From positions 32,001 through 96,000 of the forward strand of contig CAXXXD010000004.1 of the NCBI GenBank assembly GCA_963663385.2: a DNA stretch of 64,000 bases, in the 5' to 3' direction. The notes below the pieces were generated by a model, which was not told the DNA's origin, searched no databases, and saw only the letters and a program-made list of their open reading frames with translations. This document shows, in pieces, positions 28,942 to 38,733 of the stretch. The translations under genes and the position numbers were made by a program. Each line of letters opens with the position of its first letter. The stretch's first letter is position 1. The stretch comes from Oceanispirochaeta sp. (GTDB lineage: Bacteria > Spirochaetota > Spirochaetia > DSM-2461).

Positions 28942-29904
28942 ATGAAACGACTTGCAATTTTATTTTCAGTTATTTTTCTTTTAGCTTCTCTTCTGCCCCT
29001 CAGCGCTGCGGGACAGAGCGATGGCGGCAGTGATCAGAAAACTCTGGCGGTCTGCTTGCCGGGAAGTGTTGAGTTCTTTTCCGTTCAGAAAAAAGGAATG
29101 GATAAAGCGGCGGCCGAATTCGGTCTGAAACTGATCTATTCGGATGCAGAATGGGATGCCGCCAAACAGCTCAGTCAGGTTGAAAACTTTGTCGCAAGAC
29201 GTGTAGACGCTGTACTGCTCTGTGCCGCTGATAACCAGGCTCTTCTTCCGGCTGTAAAGCTTTGTAATGAGGCCTCTATCCCCCTCTTTACCTTTACCAA
29301 TACCCTGGGGGCCGATCCCAATGGTCAGGTGGACGGAATTGAAACCTTTATCGGAATCAATGAAATCTCTCTGGGACATATGATGGGAGAAATGGCCGAA
29401 GTTCTTCTGGGTGAGAACGAAGCCAATATCGTACTGATCGAAGGAAACCCCGGTACGGCTCCTCAGAGGATGAGAACAGAGGGCTTTATGGAATATGTGA
29501 ATAAACACAGCAACTGGAATATCGTATATCAGCAGGCCATCCCCGGCTGGACCAAGGAAGGGGCTCTCTCCGCTGTCGAAGCCGTACTTCAGTCCGGAGA
29601 GAAAATCGATCTGATCAGCTGTCAGTGGTACAACGGCGCTGCCGCCGCGGCCATGGCTCTCGAAGAATCCGGAAACTCGGATGATGTATACATTACAGGT
29701 CTCGAATTCTCAAAGGAACTGATCCCCCTGATTCAGAACGGTAAAGTGGATATGACCTCCAACTACTCCATCGAGGGGTCCGGTTACACCGTTATTGAGA
29801 CGGCAAACAGGTACTTCAGCGGTGAAAAGATTCCATCCTTTATTCCTCTGGATGCCTATATCGTAGATGGAAAAAATGTTGATTCGGTAACACCCGAACT
29901 GTAG
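28942..29904 (+). CDS. RbsB-like sugar ABC substrate-binding protein
   Basis: Signal peptide; EFF...KGM..AA, DA.WDAAKQ.SQVENF and IEGNPG....RTEGF. Confidence 0.9.
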   Translation: MKRLAILFSVIFLLASLLPLSAAGQSDGGSDQKTLAVCLPGSVEFFSVQKKGMDKAAAEFGLKLIYSDAEWDAAKQLSQVENFVARRVDAVLLCAADNQALLPAVKLCNEASIPLFTFTNTLGADPNGQVDGIETFIGINEISLGHMMGEMAEVLLGENEANIVLIEGNPGTAPQRMRTEGFMEYVNKHSNWNIVYQQAIPGWTKEGALSAVEAVLQSGEKIDLISCQWYNGAAAAAMALEESGNSDDVYITGLEFSKELIPLIQNGKVDMTSNYSIEGSGYTVIETANRYFSGEKIPSFIPLDAYIVDGKNVDSVTPEL

Positions 29905-29934
29905 GAATAATGGAATCCTGAGGATTATAACTAT

Positions 29935-29955
29935 CGGGGCTGCTGAGCAGCCCCG
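29935..29955 (+). other. GC-rich stem-loop after the SBP gene (mRNA stabiliser or attenuator)
   Basis: CGGGGCTGC-tga-GCAGCCCCG, with no U-tract. Confidence 0.55.
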
Positions 29956-29973
29956 GATAAGGATGGAGACGCT

Positions 29974-31170
29974 ATGACTTGGGGAACTCAGCTCTTTCTG
30001 AGCGCTGATGAAAAAAAGAGGTACAGCCTCGAAGATCTTGAAACAGAATTGAAAAGGGTCGTCCACAGGCCGGGAATAAACCGCCTTATGTTCTGGAACA
30101 CCCGGGATGATGAATATACCGAGGCGGTGCTGCGGATCTGCAGGGAGAGTTCGACAGAGTGCTGGCTCTGGTTTCCCGTGCTGGCGGACTCTCTCGTCTC
30201 TTCGGAAAATGCGCGGCCTTCGGTTAATCACAGGGGCGGGAGCGGCCTCTGCTCCCCCGGTGCCATGACGCTGGAAGGCGATGGAGAAGAGGAGTTCTCC
30301 TTCCTATGCCCCTCAGACAGAGCCTTTGAAGAACAGACCGAGGCGCATCTGGCCGAACTGCTGGACAGGTATGATTTTGACGGTGTCTTTCTGGATCGGA
30401 TCCGCTTCCCGTCATTTGCAAACGGCCTGCCCCTTCTGTACTCCTGTGTCTGTCCCGAGTGCTGCCGCAGGATGAATATCGACAGGGAGCAGATTACCCG
30501 TGAGTTCGAATCTCTGAAGGGCGATGCGTTTCTTTCTCTGTTCTGCGGGATCGGCGATGCGGCGGAAGTGCGGAAGAACTACAGGCATATTCAAAAATTC
30601 ATTGAAGAAAGAATGAAGCTTATTACGGATAAAGTGGAAAGACTGAACAGGATTATCCGCAGCAGAGACAGGGCTATGGCCCTGGATCTTTTCACGCCCG
30701 GACTCGCCCGGGCTGTGGGGCAGGACTACTCCGCCCTGAGCCGTTTAGCCGACTGGGTAAAGACCATGACATACGCCATGGCCTGGGGACCCGCCGGAAT
30801 ACCGCTCGAACTGGACTGTCTCTATAGAGGCATACGCGAAACTTTCCCCGATCTGGGGGAGGACGATATTACCAATGCATTGGGATACATGATGGGCTGC
30901 GATCTGAAGCCCTATTGGGAGAACAGAAGCAGCGAAGGCTTTCCGTCTTCTCTGGCTTATTCCGAATGGAAACGAACGGAAGCATTTTCTGAGAACTGCC
31001 GCTTTCTTCCGGGGATAGAGCTTGTTCACAGCGAGCTCTTCAAAACCAAAGTTCCTGAATCAAGGGCTGCGGAAGCAGTTGAACTCTTCGGGGAAAAGAC
31101 CGAAATCATCGCCTGCTGGAACTGTCTGGAAATTCCCGATAGATATTTCACAATGCTGGATAGAGGATGA
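29974..31170 (+). CDS. Uncharacterised glycoside-hydrolase-like TIM-barrel protein
   Basis: FLCPS...YDFDGVFLDRIRFP, C.C..C and GQDY..L patterns reminiscent of GH42/GHL10-like folds; located inside a sugar ABC operon. Confidence 0.55.
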   Translation: MTWGTQLFLSADEKKRYSLEDLETELKRVVHRPGINRLMFWNTRDDEYTEAVLRICRESSTECWLWFPVLADSLVSSENARPSVNHRGGSGLCSPGAMTLEGDGEEEFSFLCPSDRAFEEQTEAHLAELLDRYDFDGVFLDRIRFPSFANGLPLLYSCVCPECCRRMNIDREQITREFESLKGDAFLSLFCGIGDAAEVRKNYRHIQKFIEERMKLITDKVERLNRIIRSRDRAMALDLFTPGLARAVGQDYSALSRLADWVKTMTYAMAWGPAGIPLELDCLYRGIRETFPDLGEDDITNALGYMMGCDLKPYWENRSSEGFPSSLAYSEWKRTEAFSENCRFLPGIELVHSELFKTKVPESRAAEAVELFGEKTEIIACWNCLEIPDRYFTMLDRG

Positions 31171-32669
31171 TAATAATGCCGGAAAAATTACTCTCTCTGG
31201 ATAACATAAATAAAAAATTTTCTGGCGTGAGCGTTCTGCAGAATATCTGCTGGGATGTTCACAAAGGGAAGGTACACGCTCTTCTGGGAGAAAACGGCGC
31301 CGGGAAATCTACCCTGATTAAGATAATTTCCGGCGTCTATTCGCTGACATCGGGAAAGGTCAGCCTTGAAGGGGATGCCATTCATTTCAGTTCTCCCCAG
31401 GACGCTGTAAAAGCCGGAATCAATGTGATCTATCAGGAAACGAGTCTGGTGCCCACCCTGACTGTGCTTGAAAATGTGTTTCTGGGGATCGAACCGATTC
31501 AGAACGGTCTGATTGACGAGAAGGACATGGAGCTCCGCTACACTTCCCTGGTGGAAAAAGTCGGAGTGGATATAGACAGGACCCGGAAGGTTTCAAGTCT
31601 GGGAGTGGCCGAGAAGAAAATCGTCGAGATCATGAAAGCTCTTGCCAGAGAAAGCCGCCTGATCATTATGGATGAACCTACGGACTCTCTGTCGGCTAAG
31701 GAAGTGGACCTGCTTTTCAATGTCATCAGGGATCTGAAGAGCAGGGGAATCACCCTGATCTATATTACCCATTTCCTGGATGAAGTCTTTCGTATCTCCG
31801 ACAGGATCACCATACTGAAGGATGGTCTGCTGGTCTGTGACAGGCCGGCTGAAGAGATGACGGTTGAATCCATCGTGTCCCATATGGTCGGCGACATTCT
31901 GGAACTCGACGGGACGGCCGAACTGAGTCCGGAAGCCTATGCCGCTCCCCGTCTTGAAGTTCGGAATCTAAGGGCCGATGATATCGTGAAGCCCAGCAGT
32001 TTCAAGCTCTATCCCGGTGAGGTCCTGGGTATAACAGGCGTTGTGGGAGCCGGAAAATCCGAGCTGGGGCATGCTCTTTTCGGTGCCGTCAAAAGGGCGG
32101 GAGGCGAGATCCTGCTGGACGGGAAGCCCCGCCGTATCAGATCGCCCCGGGACGCCGTATCCGCCGGCATAGGGATGACCACCGAAGACAGGAAGGAAAC
32201 AGGGCTTCTGCTGGACGATTCGATCAGGCGCAACCTGTCCCTGGCATCTCTGAAGAGGATCTTGAAAAACGGTATCATCCACTCCGGAAACGAGCTGGAG
32301 CTTTCGGAAAGAAGCTGCAGGAATCTTGAAGTGAAGTCTACCGGACCGGAACAGCATCTGCGGTTTCTGAGCGGCGGGAATCAGCAGAAAATCGTTATAG
32401 GAAAGTGGCTCGCAGCGGATCCGGATGTGCTGATAATGGATGAACCGACCCGGGGGATCGATATCGGTGCCAAACAGGCCGTCTACAGGGTTATCAGAGA
32501 GCTGGCGTCCAAGGGGAAATCGGTCATCTTCCTGTCCTCCGAGCTGCCCGAAGTCCACGCCCTCTGCCACAGGATCCTTGTGATGGGACGGGGATACATT
32601 CAGAGGGAGTTTTGTCCCGAAGATTCAATAGAATCCATAATGAAAGCCATGCTGGAAGGAGATGCATAA
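31167..32669 (+). CDS. RbsA/MglA-like double-domain sugar ABC ATPase
   Basis: GENGAGKST, DEPT, EDRK..G, LSGGNQQK, DEPTRGIDIGAK and SSELPE. Confidence 0.95.
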   Translation: MIIMPEKLLSLDNINKKFSGVSVLQNICWDVHKGKVHALLGENGAGKSTLIKIISGVYSLTSGKVSLEGDAIHFSSPQDAVKAGINVIYQETSLVPTLTVLENVFLGIEPIQNGLIDEKDMELRYTSLVEKVGVDIDRTRKVSSLGVAEKKIVEIMKALARESRLIIMDEPTDSLSAKEVDLLFNVIRDLKSRGITLIYITHFLDEVFRISDRITILKDGLLVCDRPAEEMTVESIVSHMVGDILELDGTAELSPEAYAAPRLEVRNLRADDIVKPSSFKLYPGEVLGITGVVGAGKSELGHALFGAVKRAGGEILLDGKPRRIRSPRDAVSAGIGMTTEDRKETGLLLDDSIRRNLSLASLKRILKNGIIHSGNELELSERSCRNLEVKSTGPEQHLRFLSGGNQQKIVIGKWLAADPDVLIMDEPTRGIDIGAKQAVYRVIRELASKGKSVIFLSSELPEVHALCHRILVMGRGYIQREFCPEDSIESIMKAMLEGDA

Positions 32670-32672
32670 GCC

Positions 32673-33632
32673 ATGAACTCGGTAAATATATTAAATCAGA
32701 AAAATCTGACCCAGATAACACAGAAATACGGAATCATGATTCTGTTTTCTATACTCAGTATTATAATTTCTATCGTCACACCAAACTTTCTGAACAGCCA
32801 GAATATTATCAATATTCTGAGACAGAGCTCCATTATCGGAGTGATGGCCATAGGAACAACCTTTGTTATTATCGGCGGAGGATTCGATATTTCGGTGGGG
32901 AGTGTGCTGGCTCTGTCTGCAGCCATGGCGCTCGGGCTGCAGGCGCATATGCACTGGGTCCTTGCCATGACTGTCGTTCTCCTTGCGGGAGCCGCCATTG
33001 GATTCTGTAACGGATTCCTTGCCGCCAAAATAGGGATAGTTCCGATCATCGCCACTTTGGGAACCCAAACCTTTGTCCGGGGGCTGACCTATATGTACAC
33101 AGGAGGATATCCCGTTACCGGAGACTCTGCGGGATTCCAGTTTATCGGCTCCGGGTATATCGGCGTTATCCCTTTCCCGATCATACTGCTTCTGACCATG
33201 GTTTTTCTCTGGCAGTTTGTATTGAGTAAAACTCCTCTCGGACGTTACAGCTGTGCTATCGGCGGGAATAAGGAGGCTACAAGGCTCTCGGGAGTCAATG
33301 TGGACTTCTATCAGATCATGACCTTTGTGATCGGCGGCGGTATGGCTTCCATGGCCGGCATTGTCTATGCAGCCCGTCTGAGTTCCGCCACTCCCCTGGC
33401 GGGACAGGGGTATGACCTTGACGCGATCGCTTCAACGGTTATCGGCGGCACCAGTGTTTCGGGAGGACAGGGCAGTATCGTAGGAACCCTGATCGGGGTT
33501 CTTCTGATGACGATTCTGAATAATATGTTCAACCTTATGGGAGTACAGGTGTATGTGCAGTACCTTGTCAAAGGAATGATTATCCTCCTGGTTGTGGGGA
33601 TCGACTCCTATTCCAAAAAGCAGAAAAACTGA
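32673..33632 (+). CDS. RbsC-like sugar ABC permease
   Basis: GGFDISVG, IATLG, AIGGNKEATRLSGV and IASTVIGGTSVSGG.G. Confidence 0.94.
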   Translation: MNSVNILNQKNLTQITQKYGIMILFSILSIIISIVTPNFLNSQNIINILRQSSIIGVMAIGTTFVIIGGGFDISVGSVLALSAAMALGLQAHMHWVLAMTVVLLAGAAIGFCNGFLAAKIGIVPIIATLGTQTFVRGLTYMYTGGYPVTGDSAGFQFIGSGYIGVIPFPIILLLTMVFLWQFVLSKTPLGRYSCAIGGNKEATRLSGVNVDFYQIMTFVIGGGMASMAGIVYAARLSSATPLAGQGYDLDAIASTVIGGTSVSGGQGSIVGTLIGVLLMTILNNMFNLMGVQVYVQYLVKGMIILLVVGIDSYSKKQKN

Positions 33633-33689
33633 AAACCCATTATAAACTTGGTGGTGACTTAAGTATGAGAACAGGATTATAATGCCGGT

Positions 33690-35045
33690 ATGACAGACAG
33701 GAAGAGCAGTGAAAACAGGATGAACCGTGTGCTTATCGTCGATGATGAGCTTGAGTACTGTCTGTCCATGAAGGATCTTTTCGAGGAGTCCGGCTATTTC
33801 TGTTCTCATTCTACTGAGCCCGAATCCGTTATCGGGCTGCTGACGTCAGGGGATATCGATATTATTCTCCTGGATCTGAAGATGCCGGGAATCAGCGGCA
33901 TCGATCTTCTTAAGAGAATCCGGATCTATGATTCCCGGATTCCGGTTATTATCGTCTCCGGACATATCGATATAGAAACGACGGTGCAGGCTATGCAGAT
34001 AGGAGCCATGAATGTCCTGAAGAAGCCTGTGCGTTTCAGCAGAATGCTCAAAGAGATATCTGGAATCCTCAATACCGGCGAAAGGCCGGCTGTTTCCAAT
34101 GGGAATCCCGTACCCGGTTCACCGATCATCTGCAGCCATAAGGGGATGCTTGAAATAATCAGTTCCCTGAAAAAAGTAGCCGAAACGAATGCTCCTGTAC
34201 TGATAACAGGTGAAAGCGGAACCGGGAAGGAGCTGATAGCCGATGAGATACACCGGCTGAGCAGGCGTTCCGACAAAAACTTTGTAAAGCTCAATTGCGC
34301 CTCCCTCCCGGAGCCGCTGCTTGAAAGCGAACTTTTCGGTCACAGGAAGGGTGCCTTTACCGGGGCAGACAAGGACAGACCGGGACGTTTCAACCTGGCT
34401 CACGGAGGCAGTATGTTTCTGGATGAGATGGGAGATATGAGCCTGATGATTCAGGCCAAACTGCTCCGGGTCCTTCAGGACCGACAGATCACAGCCCTTG
34501 GAGAAGACGAGGCAAAATCCGTTGATGTAAGGATAATAGCGGCAACGAACAAGGATCTTCATGCCATGATGAAGGCCGGGAGTTTCCGGGAGGACCTGTA
34601 CTACAGGCTGTCGGTCGTCCACTTTGAACTCCCGCCTCTTAGGGAGAGAAAAGAGGACATTCTCCTTCTGGCCGAAGCCTTCAGGGAGGAAGCCTGCCGC
34701 GAGTACGGAAGAGGGATCATCGGATTTGAAGCGGAGGTGGAGGATCTTCTCCGCTCCCATATGTGGCCGGGGAATATCAGGGAACTGAAAAACTGCATTC
34801 AGCGCTCCGTTATCTTCTGTGAAAATGAGCGGATCGCGAAAGGGGACCTTCCCTCTCAGTACCAGGATATCCAGAGCTTGAACTGGTCTGATGAATATGA
34901 ACTGGCCATTGACAATATCAACAGGGAACTTATAGAGGAAGCCCTCCGTAAGAGCCGGGGCAGGAAGTCAAGGGCGGCGGAACTTCTGAATATAGACCGT
35001 AAAACCCTCTATAACAAGATGAAGAAACTGAACATAGGGGAATAG
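33690..35045 (+). CDS. NtrC-family sigma54-dependent response regulator
   Basis: REC domain (IVDDE, LDLKMP), GESGTGKE, ESELFGH.KGAFTGA, FREDLYYRL, WPGNIREL and Fis HTH. Confidence 0.95.
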   Translation: MTDRKSSENRMNRVLIVDDELEYCLSMKDLFEESGYFCSHSTEPESVIGLLTSGDIDIILLDLKMPGISGIDLLKRIRIYDSRIPVIIVSGHIDIETTVQAMQIGAMNVLKKPVRFSRMLKEISGILNTGERPAVSNGNPVPGSPIICSHKGMLEIISSLKKVAETNAPVLITGESGTGKELIADEIHRLSRRSDKNFVKLNCASLPEPLLESELFGHRKGAFTGADKDRPGRFNLAHGGSMFLDEMGDMSLMIQAKLLRVLQDRQITALGEDEAKSVDVRIIAATNKDLHAMMKAGSFREDLYYRLSVVHFELPPLRERKEDILLLAEAFREEACREYGRGIIGFEAEVEDLLRSHMWPGNIRELKNCIQRSVIFCENERIAKGDLPSQYQDIQSLNWSDEYELAIDNINRELIEEALRKSRGRKSRAAELLNIDRKTLYNKMKKLNIGE

Positions 35046-35053
35046 GCCGGGGT

Positions 35054-36862
35054 ATGGACGAAGTTCTTCAGATGAATGATATTCATCATTCCTATGGGGT
35101 GACAAAGGCGCTGAACGGAGTTGATTTCAAGCTCCGCAGGGGGGAATTCCATGCTCTGGCAGGAGATCACAGAGCCGGAAAATCCACTCTGATCAAGCTG
35201 CTCTGCGGTGCCATCCGCTGCCGCCAGGGGGAGATCGTGCTCCCTTCCGGTATCTACTCCTCCCTGACACCGCGCAGGGCCAACCGGGAGGGGATAGGCG
35301 TTGTTTTTCAGGAGGAGTCTCTGGTTCCCTCCATGAATGCCGTTGATAATCTCTTCTCCGGACATTACAGGCTCTTTCCGGGCGGAACGATCCGCTATAA
35401 GCAGCATGCGGAAGAACTTAGACGTTTCTGCTCCTCCATGGATCTGGACCTGGATCTTAACAGAGCTGTTTCCCAGATCGATAAGGTTCATCAGCATCTG
35501 ATTGAATTTATAAGGGCAATCTATTTTAATCCCTCGATTCTGATTCTGGATGAGATCTCCATTCGGTTTAACCCCAGAGAGATGGACCTTATCTACAGAC
35601 AGGTTCTGAAGATGAAAAAGGAAGGTCTCGGGATCATCTATATCTCCCATGATATGGATGAGGTTATGGAATTCGCGGACAGGGTGACCATTCTCAAGGA
35701 CGGGCAGTGCAGAAAGACCGAGAGCATCGGGAATCTTAACAAGATGCAGCTCTACTATATGACCTACTCCCGGGAACTCTCCAGAAAAGAACTCCGACAG
35801 GCAAATCTTGAACTTTACAAATTCAAAAAATACAACGAAGCCGTCATCCGTAATATCCCGGTGGGCGCTGTCATCCTGGATAAGGACCGGAAAATCTATC
35901 AGGTAAACGAAAAAGCCTCTTCCCTGCTGCGCTTCAAGGGGGAAAATGAGGTTGATCTCGAAAGAGTCCTGAGAGATCTGCGACCCGATGACGCAGATGA
36001 AATCAGACAGGCCATCAAAGAGGAGAGAAGGCTTCATCTTGTGAGTGTTGCCTATGGTGAGGACAGTTTCTATGACCTGCTCTGTACCCCATTCAGCGGA
36101 GATGACGGAGAAGCCGGCGGGACAATCATACTGATTGATGACAGAACGGAAGCGCTGAAGCTTCGCGATTACATGAGGCGGACAGAGCAGATTTCATCCA
36201 TCGCCGAGTTGGCGGCCGGCGTTGCTCATGAGATCAATAATCCCCTGAATATAATTCTGAATTATATGGATCTGCTTTCCATGGCCATTCAGGACGAACC
36301 GTCTGTGGGCAGGCTGAAAAAGATTGAAAGGGAGATACAGAGGATTACCGAAATCACAGGAAGTCTCCTCTCCTTTTCCAGGGTCAAAGATACGGAAATG
36401 ACGGAGTGTGACTTGAAGCAGGCTCTTGAAGAGGCTCTTCTTCTTCTGAAATACCGTATTGAGTCAAGAGAGGTCAAACTTCTTCTCGACCTGCCGGAAG
36501 ATCCTGTCATGATTTATGGAAACATGAATAAGCTGGAGCAGGTCTTCATCAATCTTATTATGAACAGCCTGGATGTCCTGCCCCCTATGGGGGAGATAAG
36601 GGTCCATATCGACAGCAGTGAGGATACCGTGAGGGCGACTTTTTCGGACAACGGCCCCGGTATTGATGAAACCATTGTCGACGATATTTTCAATCCCTTC
36701 TTCACGACCAAGCTGGCGGATAAGAATTCCGGCCTGGGGCTTTCCGTATCGCTTCATATCATGTCCGAGCACAGGGGAACGATCGAATATTTGCGGGGAA
36801 ACGGTTTGACCACCTTCCTGCTGAGTTTTTCAAATACGGTCGGCCCGGGTGTAGTCGAATGA
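35054..36862 (+). CDS. Fusion protein: ABC ATPase (NBD) domain + PAS + histidine kinase
   Basis: About aa 1-235: GDHRAGKST, VVFQE, ILILDE, IYISH and ADRVTILKDG. Then PAS (VIRNIPVGAVILD), H-box AHEINNPL, QVFINL..N, DNGPGI, FFTTK and SGLGL. No TM segment. Confidence 0.9.
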   Translation: MDEVLQMNDIHHSYGVTKALNGVDFKLRRGEFHALAGDHRAGKSTLIKLLCGAIRCRQGEIVLPSGIYSSLTPRRANREGIGVVFQEESLVPSMNAVDNLFSGHYRLFPGGTIRYKQHAEELRRFCSSMDLDLDLNRAVSQIDKVHQHLIEFIRAIYFNPSILILDEISIRFNPREMDLIYRQVLKMKKEGLGIIYISHDMDEVMEFADRVTILKDGQCRKTESIGNLNKMQLYYMTYSRELSRKELRQANLELYKFKKYNEAVIRNIPVGAVILDKDRKIYQVNEKASSLLRFKGENEVDLERVLRDLRPDDADEIRQAIKEERRLHLVSVAYGEDSFYDLLCTPFSGDDGEAGGTIILIDDRTEALKLRDYMRRTEQISSIAELAAGVAHEINNPLNIILNYMDLLSMAIQDEPSVGRLKKIEREIQRITEITGSLLSFSRVKDTEMTECDLKQALEEALLLLKYRIESREVKLLLDLPEDPVMIYGNMNKLEQVFINLIMNSLDVLPPMGEIRVHIDSSEDTVRATFSDNGPGIDETIVDDIFNPFFTTKLADKNSGLGLSVSLHIMSEHRGTIEYLRGNGLTTFLLSFSNTVGPGVVE

Positions 36863-36995
36863 TTTAAATTCTGAAGATCCGGGGATAACCGGTACTTTAT
36901 CCGGTTGTTTTCAATCGGCCGAAGACTACCCGGCTCCTGTCAGGGGCGTGATATCTTGTTTGAATCTAATGTAAAATACGATATAATACGTTCCT

Positions 36996-37826
36996 GTGAG
37001 AACCAGTAACAGTTTATTATCAGCTTCCCTGCAGGAAAGACAGAAAGAACTGTCGTGTATCTTTTCTGTTGTCCGGATCCTTGTGATACCTGCCATCTCG
37101 ATTAATGCGGCGTTAGAGAAAATAGCGGAAGCTGTCCCTCAGGGTTTTACGTCTCCTGAAAAAACTCAAATTCAAATAAAATATAAGAGTTTCAATATTA
37201 CGTATGGCGCTTCCGGTAAAGTCATTGATTCTATTGAGGAGCCCTTAAAAGATGAAGCTGGAGAGGCTGGTTCCATTTGGGTCGGTATAGTGGAGCAGCA
37301 GAATAATAACACCTCCAGCCTCCTGCAGGAGGAGAAAGAGCTTCTTAAAGGATTAGCAGTTGTCTCCTCAGCAGTTATTGCCCGTATTGAAATGGAGAAT
37401 TCTCTCGCTGAAGCATTCAGCGAGCTGAAGCAGAAAAATTCAGCTTTAAGAGAAATACTGTTCCAGGTCGAGTCAGAAAAAAGAAGGCACTATGATGTAT
37501 TGTGTCATTTTGTGGAAAACCGGATTTTCCCTCTACTGGATGAGAAAGTTACCGATTCCAGGCAGATGCACATAATGAAAGAGATGGAGGAGGAACTGCT
37601 GTTTTCTCAACCAAACAAAGATCTCATCGATCAACTATCTCTCCTTTCTCCCCGGGAGTACCAGATCTGCAGCTATATAAAAGCGGGAATGACCAATAAA
37701 GAAATCGGAGAACTATTGAAGTTGTCATCTTCCACAGTAGAAAAACATCGTCATAGTATTAGAAAAAAGCTGAACCTGACAAATCGGAATATAAATCTGT
37801 CTATTTATTTGCGGAACCTCAAGTAA
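36996..37826 (+). CDS. LuxR-HTH transcriptional regulator with GAF-like N-terminus
   Basis: LQERQKELSC...EEKELL N-terminal region; LSPREYQIC..IKAGMTNKEI..LL.LS..TVEKHR..IRKKL. Confidence 0.82.
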   Translation: MRTSNSLLSASLQERQKELSCIFSVVRILVIPAISINAALEKIAEAVPQGFTSPEKTQIQIKYKSFNITYGASGKVIDSIEEPLKDEAGEAGSIWVGIVEQQNNNTSSLLQEEKELLKGLAVVSSAVIARIEMENSLAEAFSELKQKNSALREILFQVESEKRRHYDVLCHFVENRIFPLLDEKVTDSRQMHIMKEMEEELLFSQPNKDLIDQLSLLSPREYQICSYIKAGMTNKEIGELLKLSSSTVEKHRHSIRKKLNLTNRNINLSIYLRNLK

Positions 37827-37965
37827 ACCTCTTCCGGAATATAGAACGGTTTTAAAATTCATCAAGAATTGAGTATAAACTGAGTTCTCACTAGGTAGTT
37901 TATAACCATAACATACCCACTTTTTCAATATTGCCCGGGTCTGCCCTTAATCATAGAATGTACGT

Positions 37966-38382
37966 ATGAAAATTATTAATCGTATATTGAATTCCCATGA
38001 TATAGATAGGATCAGCGGATTTCTTAAACTGGCCACTATGGGTGGAAAAGAAAAGTTCAGAACACTCTGTGAATTGAAAAAGGATCTGGAGACAGCTGCA
38101 ATCCTTGAACCGGAGGATATGCCCCCGAATGTTGTAACTATGAACAGCGAGGTTCGTATTGAAGGGGTAACTTCTGACGGGTCTACCGTTGTAAAACTGG
38201 TATTTCCGCAGGAAGTCAGTTCCAAAGAGGGGAATATTTCCCTCCTGGCTCCCCTGGGCGCCGCATTACTGGGGCGTCAAAGAGGAGATCTTATCTCGTA
38301 CTCGGCCCCGGGGGGAGAAATAAAAGTTAAAATAGACGCTATTATATTTCAACCGGAATCAAATGGAGATTTTATTTCCTGA
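37966..38382 (+). CDS. rnk: Regulator of nucleoside diphosphate kinase (GreA/GreB family)
   Basis: MPPNVVTMNS, LVFP, ISLLAPLGAALLG and FQPE. Confidence 0.85.
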   Translation: MKIINRILNSHDIDRISGFLKLATMGGKEKFRTLCELKKDLETAAILEPEDMPPNVVTMNSEVRIEGVTSDGSTVVKLVFPQEVSSKEGNISLLAPLGAALLGRQRGDLISYSAPGGEIKVKIDAIIFQPESNGDFIS

Positions 38383-38409
38383 GTTTTTTATGAATAAAAA
38401 GGGTTAATA

Positions 38410-38733
38410 ATGGGTCTCTTTAGTATTTTGGAAAATGAACCCTATCATTTATAAGCTGTTGCTGTTTTAATTTTTATAGCTCGTGCTGTTGATGTAGCTC
38501 TGGCAACTCTCCGTATATTATTTGCTTCAAGGGGATATCAGAAGCTTTCTGCGCTTGTTGGATTTATCGAAAGCCTTCTCTGGCTGTTCTCATTAATTCC
38601 CAGAAGCCATTTCGCATCAGTTAGAATCCTGTTGGATGGATTTGATTCTTCCATTGTCTATACTGCCGAGGGTGTTCGTTTAATTAAGGGAGCCGGTAAA
38701 AGATGGAAAATGGATCCGCAGCTGAATTATTGA
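38410..38733 (+). pseudogene. DUF2179/UPF0316 membrane protein pseudogene
   Basis: In-frame TAA at 38452; LIFIARAVDVALATLRILFASRG...VGFIESLLWL joined directly to the C-terminal-like FSLIPR...YTAEGVR, with the middle missing. Confidence 0.7.

Noticed and set aside
35009..36037. 342-aa minus-strand ORF, and similar long antisense ORFs (24936-25715, 34119-34760, 46894-47595, 55331-55987)
   Set aside because: They overlap well-supported genes on the opposite strand and show no family motifs.
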